Positions 28,176-37,780 are shown, counted from the stretch's first letter. The stretch is 64,000 nucleotides of DNA from an uncultured delta proteobacterium (GCA_963796055.1 CAWCKH010000004.1:448001-512000), one strand, 5' to 3'. Translations and numbers: made by a program. The notes: generated from the sequence alone by a model not told the origin.

Positions 28176-29711
28176 ATGAGCCTGCCCTCTCCGGAGCGCC
28201 CGCGCGGGCCGAGCGCCCCTGCCGCCGAGGACGGCGGCGCCGCCCGGCCATTCACCCCGGCGGCGAAGCGGCTGTGGCCGTGGGTCGGCTGGCTCCTGCT
28301 CTCCTTCGGGCTGTGGAACAGCTGCGCTTCCCACGCGGACGCCCGCCGGAGCGATGCGCAGCTCGCCCGGGGCGACCATCGACTCACCCCGGCCTTCGCG
28401 CTGGCCGCTCTGCGCGGCGCGGGCACCGACGATGGCGACATCAGCCGCTACCTGGCGTACGCCAACGCCACCCTGGGGCGGCCCTACCAGCCCTTCTACC
28501 TGCGGCCGCTCGAGGGCTGGACCGGGCCCCAGCCCGACAAGGCCGCCGGCCCCGATCCCGACGATCCGCGCCAGACGCCGCCTCGGCGTCCCGACCGACC
28601 GCTCGTGCCCTATCGGGACTTCTCGGTCGAGTACCCGCCGGGCCTCTTCCTCCTGGTGCTGCCGCCGGCGCTGCTGGGTCTCGACCTCGACGGCTACCGC
28701 CTGGTGTTCTCGTGCTGGATGGCGCTGCTCCTGACGGTGGCGCTGCTGGCTGCCATCCGCATCGGACGGGTGCTGCGGCCGCTGGCGGCTCCGTCGCCGG
28801 TGGCGGTGGCGACGCTCCTGGGGCTGGCGCTGGGGACCGTCGCCGTGCGGCGGTTCGACGCCATCGTCTCCCTCTCGCTGTGCCTGCTCCTCGACGGCTG
28901 CCTGCGGCGCAAGCCGGTGCTCTCCGGGCTCGCGCTCGGGGTGGGGCTGGTCGCCAAGGTCGTGCCCGTCCTCGTGCTCCCGGTGGCGCTCGTCCACTGG
29001 GGTGCCCAGCGGCGCTGGCGGGAGCTGGCGGTGGCAGCGGGGGTGACCGGCGCCGTCGTCCTGGGGGTGGGAGCACCGTTCCTCCTGGCGGCCGGCAGCC
29101 ACCTCCTGGATCTGTTGCGCTATCACGCCGGGCGGCCGCTGGAGGTGGAGAGCACCGGTGCGGCGCTGCTCACCATCGGGCGCTTCTTCGATCCAGCCTC
29201 GGCATGGCGGGTGGAAGCCTTCGGCTTCGACAACGTGGTGGGCCCGGCGGATCGCTTCCTGCTGCCGCTGGCGGACGTCGCGCCGCTCGTGGCCACGGCA
29301 GGCATCGCCGCCTGGAGCCTGGTGCAGACGCGGGCGGCGCTGCGGGGAGCGGACGGGGAGCGGGTCTCCGGCGAGATCCTGGTGCGCGCCGCGTGCGCGA
29401 CCCTGGCGGCGACCATGACCCTGGGGAAGGTGTTCAGCGCGCAATACCTGACCTGGCTGCTACCGGCGGGCGCGCTGGTGTCGGTCCTCGACGCCGGCAG
29501 CCGGCGGCGGACGGCCATCTACTTGCTGGCGGCGGCCATGCTGCTGACCCAGCTCAACCAGCACGTCTTCTACGGGCTCCTGGGGCGCGGGCCAGAGCCG
29601 TTGCTGGGGGTGCTTGTCCTGGCAAGGAACGCGCTGGTGATGGCCTGGGCGGTGTGGATCCTCGTGCCACGACCGGGCTCGCGTTCCTCCGCCGGGAGCT
29701 CGACCCCCTAG
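28176..29711 (+). CDS. GT87-like (DUF2029) membrane glycosyltransferase
   Basis: PYRDFSVEYPP, RFD, AKVVP, RPLEVES, KVFSAQYLTWL; many TM helices. Confidence 0.8.
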   Translation: MSLPSPERPRGPSAPAAEDGGAARPFTPAAKRLWPWVGWLLLSFGLWNSCASHADARRSDAQLARGDHRLTPAFALAALRGAGTDDGDISRYLAYANATLGRPYQPFYLRPLEGWTGPQPDKAAGPDPDDPRQTPPRRPDRPLVPYRDFSVEYPPGLFLLVLPPALLGLDLDGYRLVFSCWMALLLTVALLAAIRIGRVLRPLAAPSPVAVATLLGLALGTVAVRRFDAIVSLSLCLLLDGCLRRKPVLSGLALGVGLVAKVVPVLVLPVALVHWGAQRRWRELAVAAGVTGAVVLGVGAPFLLAAGSHLLDLLRYHAGRPLEVESTGAALLTIGRFFDPASAWRVEAFGFDNVVGPADRFLLPLADVAPLVATAGIAAWSLVQTRAALRGADGERVSGEILVRAACATLAATMTLGKVFSAQYLTWLLPAGALVSVLDAGSRRRTAIYLLAAAMLLTQLNQHVFYGLLGRGPEPLLGVLVLARNALVMAWAVWILVPRPGSRSSAGSSTP

Positions 29712-30130
29712 CTGACTGCGGCCGCCCGGACCTCACCGACTGCAGCCCCGTCGACACCCTGACCCGGACCTCGACTGCGGCCGCGGCCTGACCAAGCTGA
29801 CTGCGGCCGCCCGGACCTCACCGACTGCAGCCCCGTCGACACCCTGACCCGGATCTCGACTGCGGCCGCGCCCTGACCAAGCTGACTGCGGCGGCCCGGA
29901 CCTCACCGACTGCAGCCCCGTCGACACCCTGACCCGGATCTCGACTGCGGCCGCCGCCTGACCAAGCTGACTGCGGCCGCCCGGACCTCACCGACTGCAG
30001 CCCCGTCGACACCCTGACCCGGACCTCGACTGCGGCCGCCCTGACCAAGCTGACTGCGGCCGCCCGGACCTCACCGACTGCAGCCCCGTCGACACCCTGA
30101 CCCGGATCTCGACTGCGGCCGCCCTGACCT
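29710..30130. repeat. Tandem array of five near-identical units (85, 85, 85, 83, 83 bp)
   Basis: Unit AGCTGACTGCGGCCGCCCGGACCTCACCGACTGCAGCCCCGTCGACACCCTGACCCGGA(C/T)CTCGACTGCGGCCGC(..)CCTGACC(A/T) starts at 29710, 29795, 29880, 29965 and 30048. It fills the whole gap between two convergent stops. Confidence 0.97.
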
Positions 30131-31787
30131 AGCGGTCTCTCCGCCTGAGCTGCTCCACGGCATGATCGCAGGCGCGAACGGTGACCGCCATCTCGGTGAG
30201 GGTCGGGTTCTGCCATCCGGACGTCGGCCAGCACGCCCCGTCGGTGACGAACAGGTTCTGCACGTCCCAGCTGCGACAGCTCGGGTCGACGACCGAGCTG
30301 CGCGGGTCGGTGCCCATCCGGGCGCCGCCCACCTCGTGGACGAACATCCCCGGCGTGGAGAGAGTCCATTCCTTCTGCATCTTCCGGATGTGGCCAGTGA
30401 CGAAGGGGGTGTGGAACAGCTCGGTCACCTCGGCGCACCGTCCCCCGCCCGCCTCGACGATCTCCCGCGCCGCGGCCCGGGCTGCGCGCGCGAGGACCAG
30501 GTCCTCGTCCTTCCACTCGCAGACGATGTGCGCCGCGGGGATGCCCCAGGCGTCCTTCAAGATGGGATCGATCTCGATCCGGTTGTCGCGGTGGGGCAGC
30601 GTCTCGGAGCGCGCGCAGAGGAACCCGAAGGCCGCCTCCTTGTGCCTCCGGAGGAAGCTCGGCACCGGCAGCCGCTGGATGCCGCCCCACAGACCGAAGC
30701 CGCGGAGATAGGGCTCCCGCCTCGCTCCGAGGTTCTGGTACCGGGGAATCATGATGCTGTCGCTGCCCAGCAGCTCGAACGGGCCGCCGGTGTCCGGCAC
30801 GCCGGGCAGGTAGAAGTAGACGTTGCCCGCGCTGTGGTCCATCACGTGGCGCCCGAGCACCCCGGAGGCGGCACCGATGCCCGCGGGGTGGGCGTTGCTC
30901 CGCGAGTTCATGAGAATCCGCACGCTCTCCAGGGACGACGCGCAGAGGAAGACCAGCTTGCCCTGCGCCTCCTCGGTGCGGCCGGTCTCGAGGTCCACGA
31001 ACTCCACCCCGGTGGCGCGCGTGCCGTCCGGGGTCACCAGGACGTGGGCGACGACCGCGCCACTTCGCAGGGTCAGCCGGCCGGTCTCCTCCGCGGCCCG
31101 GAGCGTCGTCGCCGGGCTCGAGATGCGCGAGAGCGCCTCGCCCTTCTCCGGCGGCCGCCGGGCGAACAGCCCCCGGGAGATGATGACCCGCCGCTCGGGA
31201 AACACCCGCTCCACCCGCTCCTTGAACAGGCGCTCCGCCGGGGTCATCGGTCGTGGCTCGAGGAACTCCCCGTCGGGCAGCTGGGGGAGCCCCTCGCGCG
31301 AGCCGTGCACCCCGAGCAGCCGCTCCAGCTCGGAGTAGTGCGGCGCGAGGTCGGCGTGGGAGATGGGCCAGTCGGGGCCGAATCCGTCACGGCTCGCCGC
31401 CTTGAAGTCGAAGTCCGAGAAGCGGGGCGTCACCGCGTCCCACACCAGGGTGCGGCCGCCCACGCGGCGCGAGCGGATCCACCGGAACGGCTTGTCCGGT
31501 GGGGTGGAGTACGGGTTCTCCACGTCGTCCACGAAGAAGTCGGGGTTGGTGGCCCAGTAGGTGGGGTGGCTCTTCTGCACCTCCTGCCGGTGCGAGACGA
31601 GATGCCGGTAGAGCTGCTTCACCCCATTGGTGAGGAACGAGCCGTGGTCGCTCCGGCGCGTGACCGGCGTCCCGGCCTCCAGCACCAGGACGCGCAGCCC
31701 CGCCCGGGTGAGTTTCCATGCTGCTGCGCCACCGGTGGCGCCCGAGCCGACCACGATGGCGTCCCATTCCTCCACGGACCCGTTCAT
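30129..31787 (-). CDS. GMC oxidoreductase (sugar/glycoside 3-dehydrogenase-like flavoprotein)
   Basis: AIVVGSGATGG, VLEAG, GGRTLVW, DWPISHADL, HEVGGARMG, QNPTLTEMA. Confidence 0.9.
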   Translation of the reverse strand: MNGSVEEWDAIVVGSGATGGAAAWKLTRAGLRVLVLEAGTPVTRRSDHGSFLTNGVKQLYRHLVSHRQEVQKSHPTYWATNPDFFVDDVENPYSTPPDKPFRWIRSRRVGGRTLVWDAVTPRFSDFDFKAASRDGFGPDWPISHADLAPHYSELERLLGVHGSREGLPQLPDGEFLEPRPMTPAERLFKERVERVFPERRVIISRGLFARRPPEKGEALSRISSPATTLRAAEETGRLTLRSGAVVAHVLVTPDGTRATGVEFVDLETGRTEEAQGKLVFLCASSLESVRILMNSRSNAHPAGIGAASGVLGRHVMDHSAGNVYFYLPGVPDTGGPFELLGSDSIMIPRYQNLGARREPYLRGFGLWGGIQRLPVPSFLRRHKEAAFGFLCARSETLPHRDNRIEIDPILKDAWGIPAAHIVCEWKDEDLVLARAARAAAREIVEAGGGRCAEVTELFHTPFVTGHIRKMQKEWTLSTPGMFVHEVGGARMGTDPRSSVVDPSCRSWDVQNLFVTDGACWPTSGWQNPTLTEMAVTVRACDHAVEQLRRRDR

Positions 31788-32698
31788 CCCTCGAGCGCCC
31801 GGGCCTCGCCGGGGGACAGGCGCAGCTCGGCGGCGGCGAGATTCTCGCGCATCTTCTCCACGGTGCCCGCGGCGACCACCGCGGACACCGGGAACGGCTG
31901 GGAGAAGAGGTAGGCCAGCGCGACCTGCGCCGCCGTCCAGCCGCGCTCCCGCGCCAGCGCCCGCGCCCGCTCCCGCCGGGCGACGTTCGCCGGGCTGCCG
32001 TAGCACCCCCCGACCTGGTCCGAGGTGAGGAATCCCGACCCGAGAGGAGACCAGGCCAGCACGGGAAGTTGCTCCCGGGCGTGGAAGCCACGCGCCTCGC
32101 GGTTCGACGGCCCGGCGATGCTCACCGAGCCAGCCCAGGGCGGTCGCACCCAGTCCACGAGCGAGAAGTGTGGGCTGCTGGCGGCCATCGGCGGAAGGCC
32201 TTCCTCGGCGGCCGCAGCCTGGATTGCCTCGATGCGCCCGATGGTCCAGTTCGAGACGCCCCAGCCCCGCATCTTCCCCGCGCGGTGCGCCGCGGCGAGC
32301 ATCCGCACCATCGGCTCCACCGGCGCCGCGGGGAAGTCGCGGTGGAGCAGGTAGAGGTCGAGCCGGTCGACCCGGAGCCTGCGCAGGCTGGCGTGGAGGT
32401 CCGCCGAGAGCGCCGCCGCGGTGAGGCGGTTCGGGCGCACGCCCGGGTAGGGGTGACCGCCCTTGCCGATCAGGAAGAGCCGCTCCCGGAGGCCGCGCGT
32501 GGCCAGCCACTGCCCGAGCAGCCGCTCGGTCCCCCCGAGCTGGTACGACGCGGCGAGATCGAACGCGGTGCAGCCCGCGTCCACCAGCGCGTCCAGCGTC
32601 CGCAGCTCTTGCTCCCGCCGCGAACGACGCAGGAGCCGGTCGGGGAGGACGAAGCCCAGGCGCGCGGTACCGACCACGATGCGGGGGATCAGCGCCAT
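31784..32698 (-). CDS. Aldo/keto reductase
   Basis: FDLAASY, KGGHP, DLYLLHRD, WGVSNW, AWSPLGSG. Confidence 0.88.
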   Translation of the reverse strand: MALIPRIVVGTARLGFVLPDRLLRRSRREQELRTLDALVDAGCTAFDLAASYQLGGTERLLGQWLATRGLRERLFLIGKGGHPYPGVRPNRLTAAALSADLHASLRRLRVDRLDLYLLHRDFPAAPVEPMVRMLAAAHRAGKMRGWGVSNWTIGRIEAIQAAAAEEGLPPMAASSPHFSLVDWVRPPWAGSVSIAGPSNREARGFHAREQLPVLAWSPLGSGFLTSDQVGGCYGSPANVARRERARALARERGWTAAQVALAYLFSQPFPVSAVVAAGTVEKMRENLAAAELRLSPGEARALEG

Positions 32699-32708
32699 GC
32701 CGCCGCCG

Positions 32709-33695
32709 TCACGGCGCGACCTCCACCCCGCCGGCCGCTGTCCGCCGAAGTCCGGGGACGGCCACGGTGACCGCCGCGCACAGCAGCCCGAGGGCGATCT
32801 GCGCCGCGTGGATGAGCAGCGCGAGCGCGGCGGCGCTGGCGGCGGTGAGGGCCAGCGCGCCGGCGCCCACCACCAGCGTTGCCTCGGTGGCTCCGAGCTG
32901 ACCGGGGAGGAAGTCACCGATCGCGCTGCCGATGATCAACGCCCCACGGGTGACCAGCACCCGCCCCGGCCCGGACGGCTGACCGATGGCGGCGAGCGCC
33001 ACGGCGCACTGGGCCACCTGCGCCACCCGGCCCGCCGATTCCCAGACCAGAGAGCGGGCGAGCTCGGCCCGCGAGGCACCCACCACCGCGTCGAACGCCA
33101 GCCCGAACCGCTCCAGCCGCTTGATCAACCCGCCGAGGAGGCGGCCCAACCTGGCCCGCTCATGGGCGACCAGGATGCTGCCACCGGCCACCGCGGCGAC
33201 GAGGCCGTTGGTGAGGATGAGCCCCGCCGCCACTCCCGGGCCGAGCAGCGCCACCGCGGCCAGCAGCACGGGCACCACGATCACCGCAGTGGAGAGGAGC
33301 ACGATGCCCTGCATCTGCACCGCGGCCACCGCCGCCCTCGCCCCGCCGGTGTTCCGGCTCAGGAGCACGGCACGGGCGGCCTCGCCCGAGCCCCGGCCCA
33401 TCGGCACCACCAGCCCCACCGCGTAGCCCAGGGCGCCGGCCCGCACCCACTGTCGGACCGGAACGCGACTGCCAGCCGACCCGTAGAGGGCCCGCAGCGC
33501 GAGCGTGCTGCAGCCGACCATCACCGCCTCGAGCCCGGCCAGCGCAGGCAGGGCGTGCGCGCTGGCCCCGAGGGAGGCGAGCACCGCCCGGGCTCCGGCC
33601 GCCCAGACCGAGAGCACCAGCACGCCGGTCCCCACGACCGCGCAGGCGATGCGGACCAGTGGTCGCCCGAACAGCCCCGGTCCTCCCTCGCTCAT
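32709..33695 (-). CDS. Lysylphosphatidylglycerol-synthase-TM/flippase-like membrane protein
   Basis: About 8 TM helices; P.G.G.GEAAR and LPGQLGATE motifs typical of this family. Confidence 0.7.
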   Translation of the reverse strand: MSEGGPGLFGRPLVRIACAVVGTGVLVLSVWAAGARAVLASLGASAHALPALAGLEAVMVGCSTLALRALYGSAGSRVPVRQWVRAGALGYAVGLVVPMGRGSGEAARAVLLSRNTGGARAAVAAVQMQGIVLLSTAVIVVPVLLAAVALLGPGVAAGLILTNGLVAAVAGGSILVAHERARLGRLLGGLIKRLERFGLAFDAVVGASRAELARSLVWESAGRVAQVAQCAVALAAIGQPSGPGRVLVTRGALIIGSAIGDFLPGQLGATEATLVVGAGALALTAASAAALALLIHAAQIALGLLCAAVTVAVPGLRRTAAGGVEVAP

Positions 33696-34999
33696 CCCGC
33701 CCTCGCCCGCACCAGCACCTCGGGCAGGCGCATCCAGACCCGGGCGAAGGCCTCGGCGTAGGCCTCGACCAGCGGCCGCGGCTGCGGCGCGATGGGGTAG
33801 GTCTGCGAGAACAGGCAGAGCGACCGGTCGAGGATGGCCCGCGTCACCGGGTACTGGGCGAGGTCGTAGCTCACCGGAGGGCCAGCCTGCGCTGCGCGGT
33901 CCGCCTCGAGCCGCCGGAACAGCGTTTGCCCGGGCACGGGCTGCGTCTGCCAGAGCACCACCTCGCAACCCTCGGCCCGGAGCGCACGCAGCACGGCGTC
34001 ACGCACCTCCGCCGGCCCGGCGTCCACCCCCAGCCTCGAGGCGTCCAGCTGCACCCGGTACTTGTGGAAGGCCGGGACACGATCCGCTGGGACCTCGGGC
34101 GGAGTCACCCCCGGCAGCGCGCGCAGCCGCCGGCTGAGGAGCTCGGCGTTGGCCAGCGCGTTGGCGTTCCAGTGCTCCAGCCGCCGGAGCTGGGCCCGGG
34201 CCACCGCGGCGGAGAGCTCGCTGGTGCGGTAGTTCCAGCCGATGGCCGCCGAGTCATAGGCGCGGTTGCCGTCGAGGGCATGCCGAAGGTCGTAGCTGGC
34301 CTCGTCCTCGGGGCGGCTGTCCTCCCCGAACATCCGGGCGGCGTGGGCGCGCCGGTAGACCGCCTCGTCCTCGGTCACCAGGAGCCCGCCCTCGCCCGAG
34401 GCCATGCTCTTCGAGGACTGCAGGCTGTACGAGCCAGCGAGCCCGACGGTCCCCGCGATCCGGCCGCGATAGCGCGCGCCGATCGCCTGGGCCGAGTCCT
34501 CGATGAGGAGCAACCCCCGCCGCTCGACGGTGTCGGCGATGGGCTGCAGCTCGCAGGGCACCCCGTGCAGGTGGACCGGGACGATGGCCCGGGTGCGCGG
34601 GCCGATGGCCGCCTCCACCCCGGCGGGGTCCAGGCCAAAGGTACGCGGCTCGACGTCGACGAACACCGGCACCGCCCCCTGGTGCAGCACCGCCATGGCA
34701 GTGGCCACGAAGGTGAAGGCAGGGACGATGACCTCGTCGCCGGCCTGGACCCCGGCGCCGATCAGCGCCAGGTGGAGCGCCGAGGTGCCGCTGTTGGTCG
34801 CCAGGCAGTACCGCGCGCCGACGAAGGTGGCGAACTCGCGCTCCAGGCCCCGCACCTCGGGGGCCAGCTGACCGGAGAGGACGCCGCGGTCCAGCACCCC
34901 GAGGACCGCCCGGCGCTCGTCCTCGCCCAGGACCGGCCAGCGGACGTGCGTCCCCGCCGGGACGGCCGGGGTGCCCCCGTGGATGGCCAGGGGCTGCAC
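33692..34999 (-). CDS. DegT/DnrJ/EryC1/StrS PLP aminotransferase
   Basis: NSGTSALH, VPAFTFVAT, PVHLHG, IEDSAQA, SLQSSK(PLP)SMASGEGG, GWNYR. Confidence 0.93.
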   Translation of the reverse strand: MQPLAIHGGTPAVPAGTHVRWPVLGEDERRAVLGVLDRGVLSGQLAPEVRGLEREFATFVGARYCLATNSGTSALHLALIGAGVQAGDEVIVPAFTFVATAMAVLHQGAVPVFVDVEPRTFGLDPAGVEAAIGPRTRAIVPVHLHGVPCELQPIADTVERRGLLLIEDSAQAIGARYRGRIAGTVGLAGSYSLQSSKSMASGEGGLLVTEDEAVYRRAHAARMFGEDSRPEDEASYDLRHALDGNRAYDSAAIGWNYRTSELSAAVARAQLRRLEHWNANALANAELLSRRLRALPGVTPPEVPADRVPAFHKYRVQLDASRLGVDAGPAEVRDAVLRALRAEGCEVVLWQTQPVPGQTLFRRLEADRAAQAGPPVSYDLAQYPVTRAILDRSLCLFSQTYPIAPQPRPLVEAYAEAFARVWMRLPEVLVRARAG

Positions 35000-35000
35000 G

Positions 35001-36203
35001 CTAGACCGCGGCGCGAAGGCGGCGGGCGACCTTCTCCACCCACTCCTGGAGGAGGGCGTTCTGCTTGAACAGGTCGTTCACCGCGCGCTCGCCCTCGCGG
35101 TGGTAGGGCGCCTTGAAGAAGAGCGAGAACTGACGCTGGATGCCCCGCTCTCCGCAGCGCTGGGCCACGTCCATCAGGCGTACCAGATCGACCACCAGCG
35201 GCGCGGCGAGGATCGAGTCCTTGCAGAGGAAGTTGATCTTGATCTGCATCCGCTCGCCGAGGAACCCCAGGACGTCGATGTTGTCCCAGGCCTCCTTCTC
35301 GTCCCCGCGGGGGCGGTAGTAGTTGATGTGGACCTGGTGGTCGGTGACCTCGTAGCCGAGGATCTCGTCCAGCACCGAGAGCTTGCTCGCGACCTTGGTC
35401 TTGTTGCTCTCCGGATCGTCGAGCACCCGGCCGTCGTTGTTCCCCAGGATGTTGGTGGAGAACCAGCCCTGAACATGGAGCTGCCGCACGGCGAACGCCG
35501 GGGCGAGCGCGGTCTTGAGCAGCGTCTGACCGGTCTTCCCGTCCTCACCGGCGATGGGGATGCCCGCGGTCTCGGCCAGCGACTCCAGCGCCGGCACCTT
35601 GGTCAGGCTGGGGGTGAAGTTGACGTGCCCCGCTCCGAGCTTGCAGGCCAGGTACAGGTACTTCATCGCCGGGCTGATCCGCTCGTCGCTGCGGGACAGG
35701 CCCGCCTCGAAGGCGGCCACCGTGCGATGCACGTCCGAGACCTCGGCGTGCCGCTCGGTGGAGCCGAGGTTGACGATGATCAGCCGGTCGAGCTTGTTGG
35801 CTGCCTTGAAGTCCTTCACGTTGCGGGTGAGGAGATCCAGCTCCTCGCGGTGGCTCTTGGCGGTGACCACGTGGTTCGCGTCCTCGGTGCCGAGGAACTT
35901 CTCGGAGACCACCCCCGGCCACGGCTTGATCGCCCGGAGCTCCGGCTCGACCTTCCGGAGCAGGTGCTCGGGCACGATTCGCTCCCGGAGGGCCGCCTCG
36001 AAGATGTTGGCGTCCCGGATGTCCCAGCCGCCGAAGACCAGGCTGTCCAGGGGGGCGCAGGCGAGGGTCTGCGGCAGGCCTCCGGTCTCGGTGACCATCC
36101 CGATGCGTGGAGCCAGCCCGCGCTTCATCAGGGCGACGCCCGCGATCACCGTGCTGGCCACGGCACCACCCGCGCCGACGAAGCAGACTCCCAACCGGCT
36201 CAT
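35001..36203 (-). CDS. ino1: myo-inositol-1-phosphate synthase
   Basis: FGGWD, NFTPS, GEDGKTGQT, NILGNNDG, GDEKEAWD, DSILAAPLVVDL, FFKAP. Confidence 0.93.
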   Translation of the reverse strand: MSRLGVCFVGAGGAVASTVIAGVALMKRGLAPRIGMVTETGGLPQTLACAPLDSLVFGGWDIRDANIFEAALRERIVPEHLLRKVEPELRAIKPWPGVVSEKFLGTEDANHVVTAKSHREELDLLTRNVKDFKAANKLDRLIIVNLGSTERHAEVSDVHRTVAAFEAGLSRSDERISPAMKYLYLACKLGAGHVNFTPSLTKVPALESLAETAGIPIAGEDGKTGQTLLKTALAPAFAVRQLHVQGWFSTNILGNNDGRVLDDPESNKTKVASKLSVLDEILGYEVTDHQVHINYYRPRGDEKEAWDNIDVLGFLGERMQIKINFLCKDSILAAPLVVDLVRLMDVAQRCGERGIQRQFSLFFKAPYHREGERAVNDLFKQNALLQEWVEKVARRLRAAV

Positions 36204-37780
36204 GCACGCTCCCAGGGCAACTCGATCAATGTCGCATATTTTACGAGGATGTCCCGCTTAGAATTCTCCACAACCCTCGGGAACTTCTGCTGCGGGCTCC
36301 TCCGGCCAATGTCTTCCATGAACCGCCTGGCGCCGCCAGGTGGCAGGGAGAACAGGGCGGGAGGCAGGATGGCCACGTCCGACGTCCGGTGCTCGCGGTA
36401 GACGCGGTTCTGGGCGCAGAGGCTCTCGTCGAAGGCGCGGGCGAAGCGGCGCGGGTCGGCGGGCGGCTGATCGAACTCGACGAAGATCTGGTACCGCCCC
36501 TTCGCCGTTCCCGCCACTCCGACCTCCGCCCCGGCGGAGAACTCCACCACCGAGCACGAGGCAGCCCGCACGGCGGCGTCCATGGCCCGCTCGATCTCCA
36601 CGAACGAGACCAGCTCCTGGGTGAGCGAGAGCACGCCCGAGGTCCGCCCCACGAACTCCAGGCGGTGCGGGAAGACGCTCTGGAACTGCACCAGGTCGCC
36701 GATCAAGTAAGCGAAGAGGCCGGAGGAGGTGCTCACCGCGATCGAGTAGTCGACGCCCGGCTCCACCTCCCAGAGGGGAACGCGGGGCGCGTCGGGCTTG
36801 TCGTGCTCGTCCGCGGGGACGAACTCGAAGAACACCCCCCGGTCGGGAACCACGAGCATCCCCGGCTCACCGATGCGATCGGTGACCGCGAAGATGCCGC
36901 CCTCGGTGGCGTTGTAGTTGTCCATGACCACGATCGGGTGCCCGACCCGCTTCTCGATGACAGGCCGGTAGGGCTCGGCGTTGATTCCACCCCCGAAGAG
37001 GACTGCCAGGTTCGGCCACAGCTCGGACACGGTGCTCACCGGTCGCCCGCGCGCGGCCGCCGCCCGGAGCACCTTGTCGAAGAACACCGAGAACCAGCAG
37101 GTGGTGCCGGACAGGGCGCGGACGTCGTGCTCCAGGTAGGCCGCCGCCATCTTTTCCAGCTTTTCATCATAATCTGGAATATCTCGAAGTTCTGCTGTCG
37201 GGAGCACCCCGTCCCGGACGGGCCAAGGCACATGTCGTTGCATCAGCCCTGGATTGTTGGTGTTGCTCACCGGACCGTCCGGCCGGAGGGTCGAGGGCGG
37301 GAAGAGCCCCAGGGTGTAACCGCCAAGGAACCGGGCGTGCCCGACGTGAGTCACGTACCGCGCGACCACGTCGAAGGCCGACTTCTGCTGCCACCGGATC
37401 TGCCGCTCCGAGATCGGCAGGAACTTGTGCTGGGCGAGCGTCTGCGAGCTTCCCGATGATTGGCCGTAGAAGCGGATCAGCCCCGGCCAGAGCACGTCGT
37501 GGGCGCCGCGGCGCATCCGCTCGAGGTACGGCTCGAAGTCGGCGTAGGTCCGCAGCGGCACCCTCTCCCGGAGGTCGGAGTGGGTCGACACCTCGGCGAG
37601 CCGGTGCGCGCGGCCGAATTCCGTCCGGGCGGCCGCCCGACAGTTCTCCCTCAGTGCTGCGAGCTGGACCTCTCGTAGACGGTTGCGGTCGCCGGCAAGC
37701 CGGTCCCAGGCCATGACCCGCGCAGACGCCGCCGTCCAGGCCAGCGGGCCGATGACCCTTCCGCCGCGACGAACTTTCAT
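36200..37780 (-). CDS. GH3-family acyl acid-amido synthetase
   Basis: TEFGR, VPLRTY, SSGSS..KFLP, YNATEG, FFEFVP, GLFAYLIGD, QKFPRV. Confidence 0.9.
   Translation of the reverse strand: MKVRRGGRVIGPLAWTAASARVMAWDRLAGDRNRLREVQLAALRENCRAAARTEFGRAHRLAEVSTHSDLRERVPLRTYADFEPYLERMRRGAHDVLWPGLIRFYGQSSGSSQTLAQHKFLPISERQIRWQQKSAFDVVARYVTHVGHARFLGGYTLGLFPPSTLRPDGPVSNTNNPGLMQRHVPWPVRDGVLPTAELRDIPDYDEKLEKMAAAYLEHDVRALSGTTCWFSVFFDKVLRAAAARGRPVSTVSELWPNLAVLFGGGINAEPYRPVIEKRVGHPIVVMDNYNATEGGIFAVTDRIGEPGMLVVPDRGVFFEFVPADEHDKPDAPRVPLWEVEPGVDYSIAVSTSSGLFAYLIGDLVQFQSVFPHRLEFVGRTSGVLSLTQELVSFVEIERAMDAAVRAASCSVVEFSAGAEVGVAGTAKGRYQIFVEFDQPPADPRRFARAFDESLCAQNRVYREHRTSDVAILPPALFSLPPGGARRFMEDIGRRSPQQKFPRVVENSKRDILVKYATLIELPWERA

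Noticed and set aside
29710..30130. CRISPR array
   Set aside because: Units are near-identical over their whole length with no unique spacers, and no cas genes are in the window.
29733..30130. ORFs reading through the tandem array
   Set aside because: 85/83-bp units shift frame each copy, and there is no RBS; these are by-products of the repeat.
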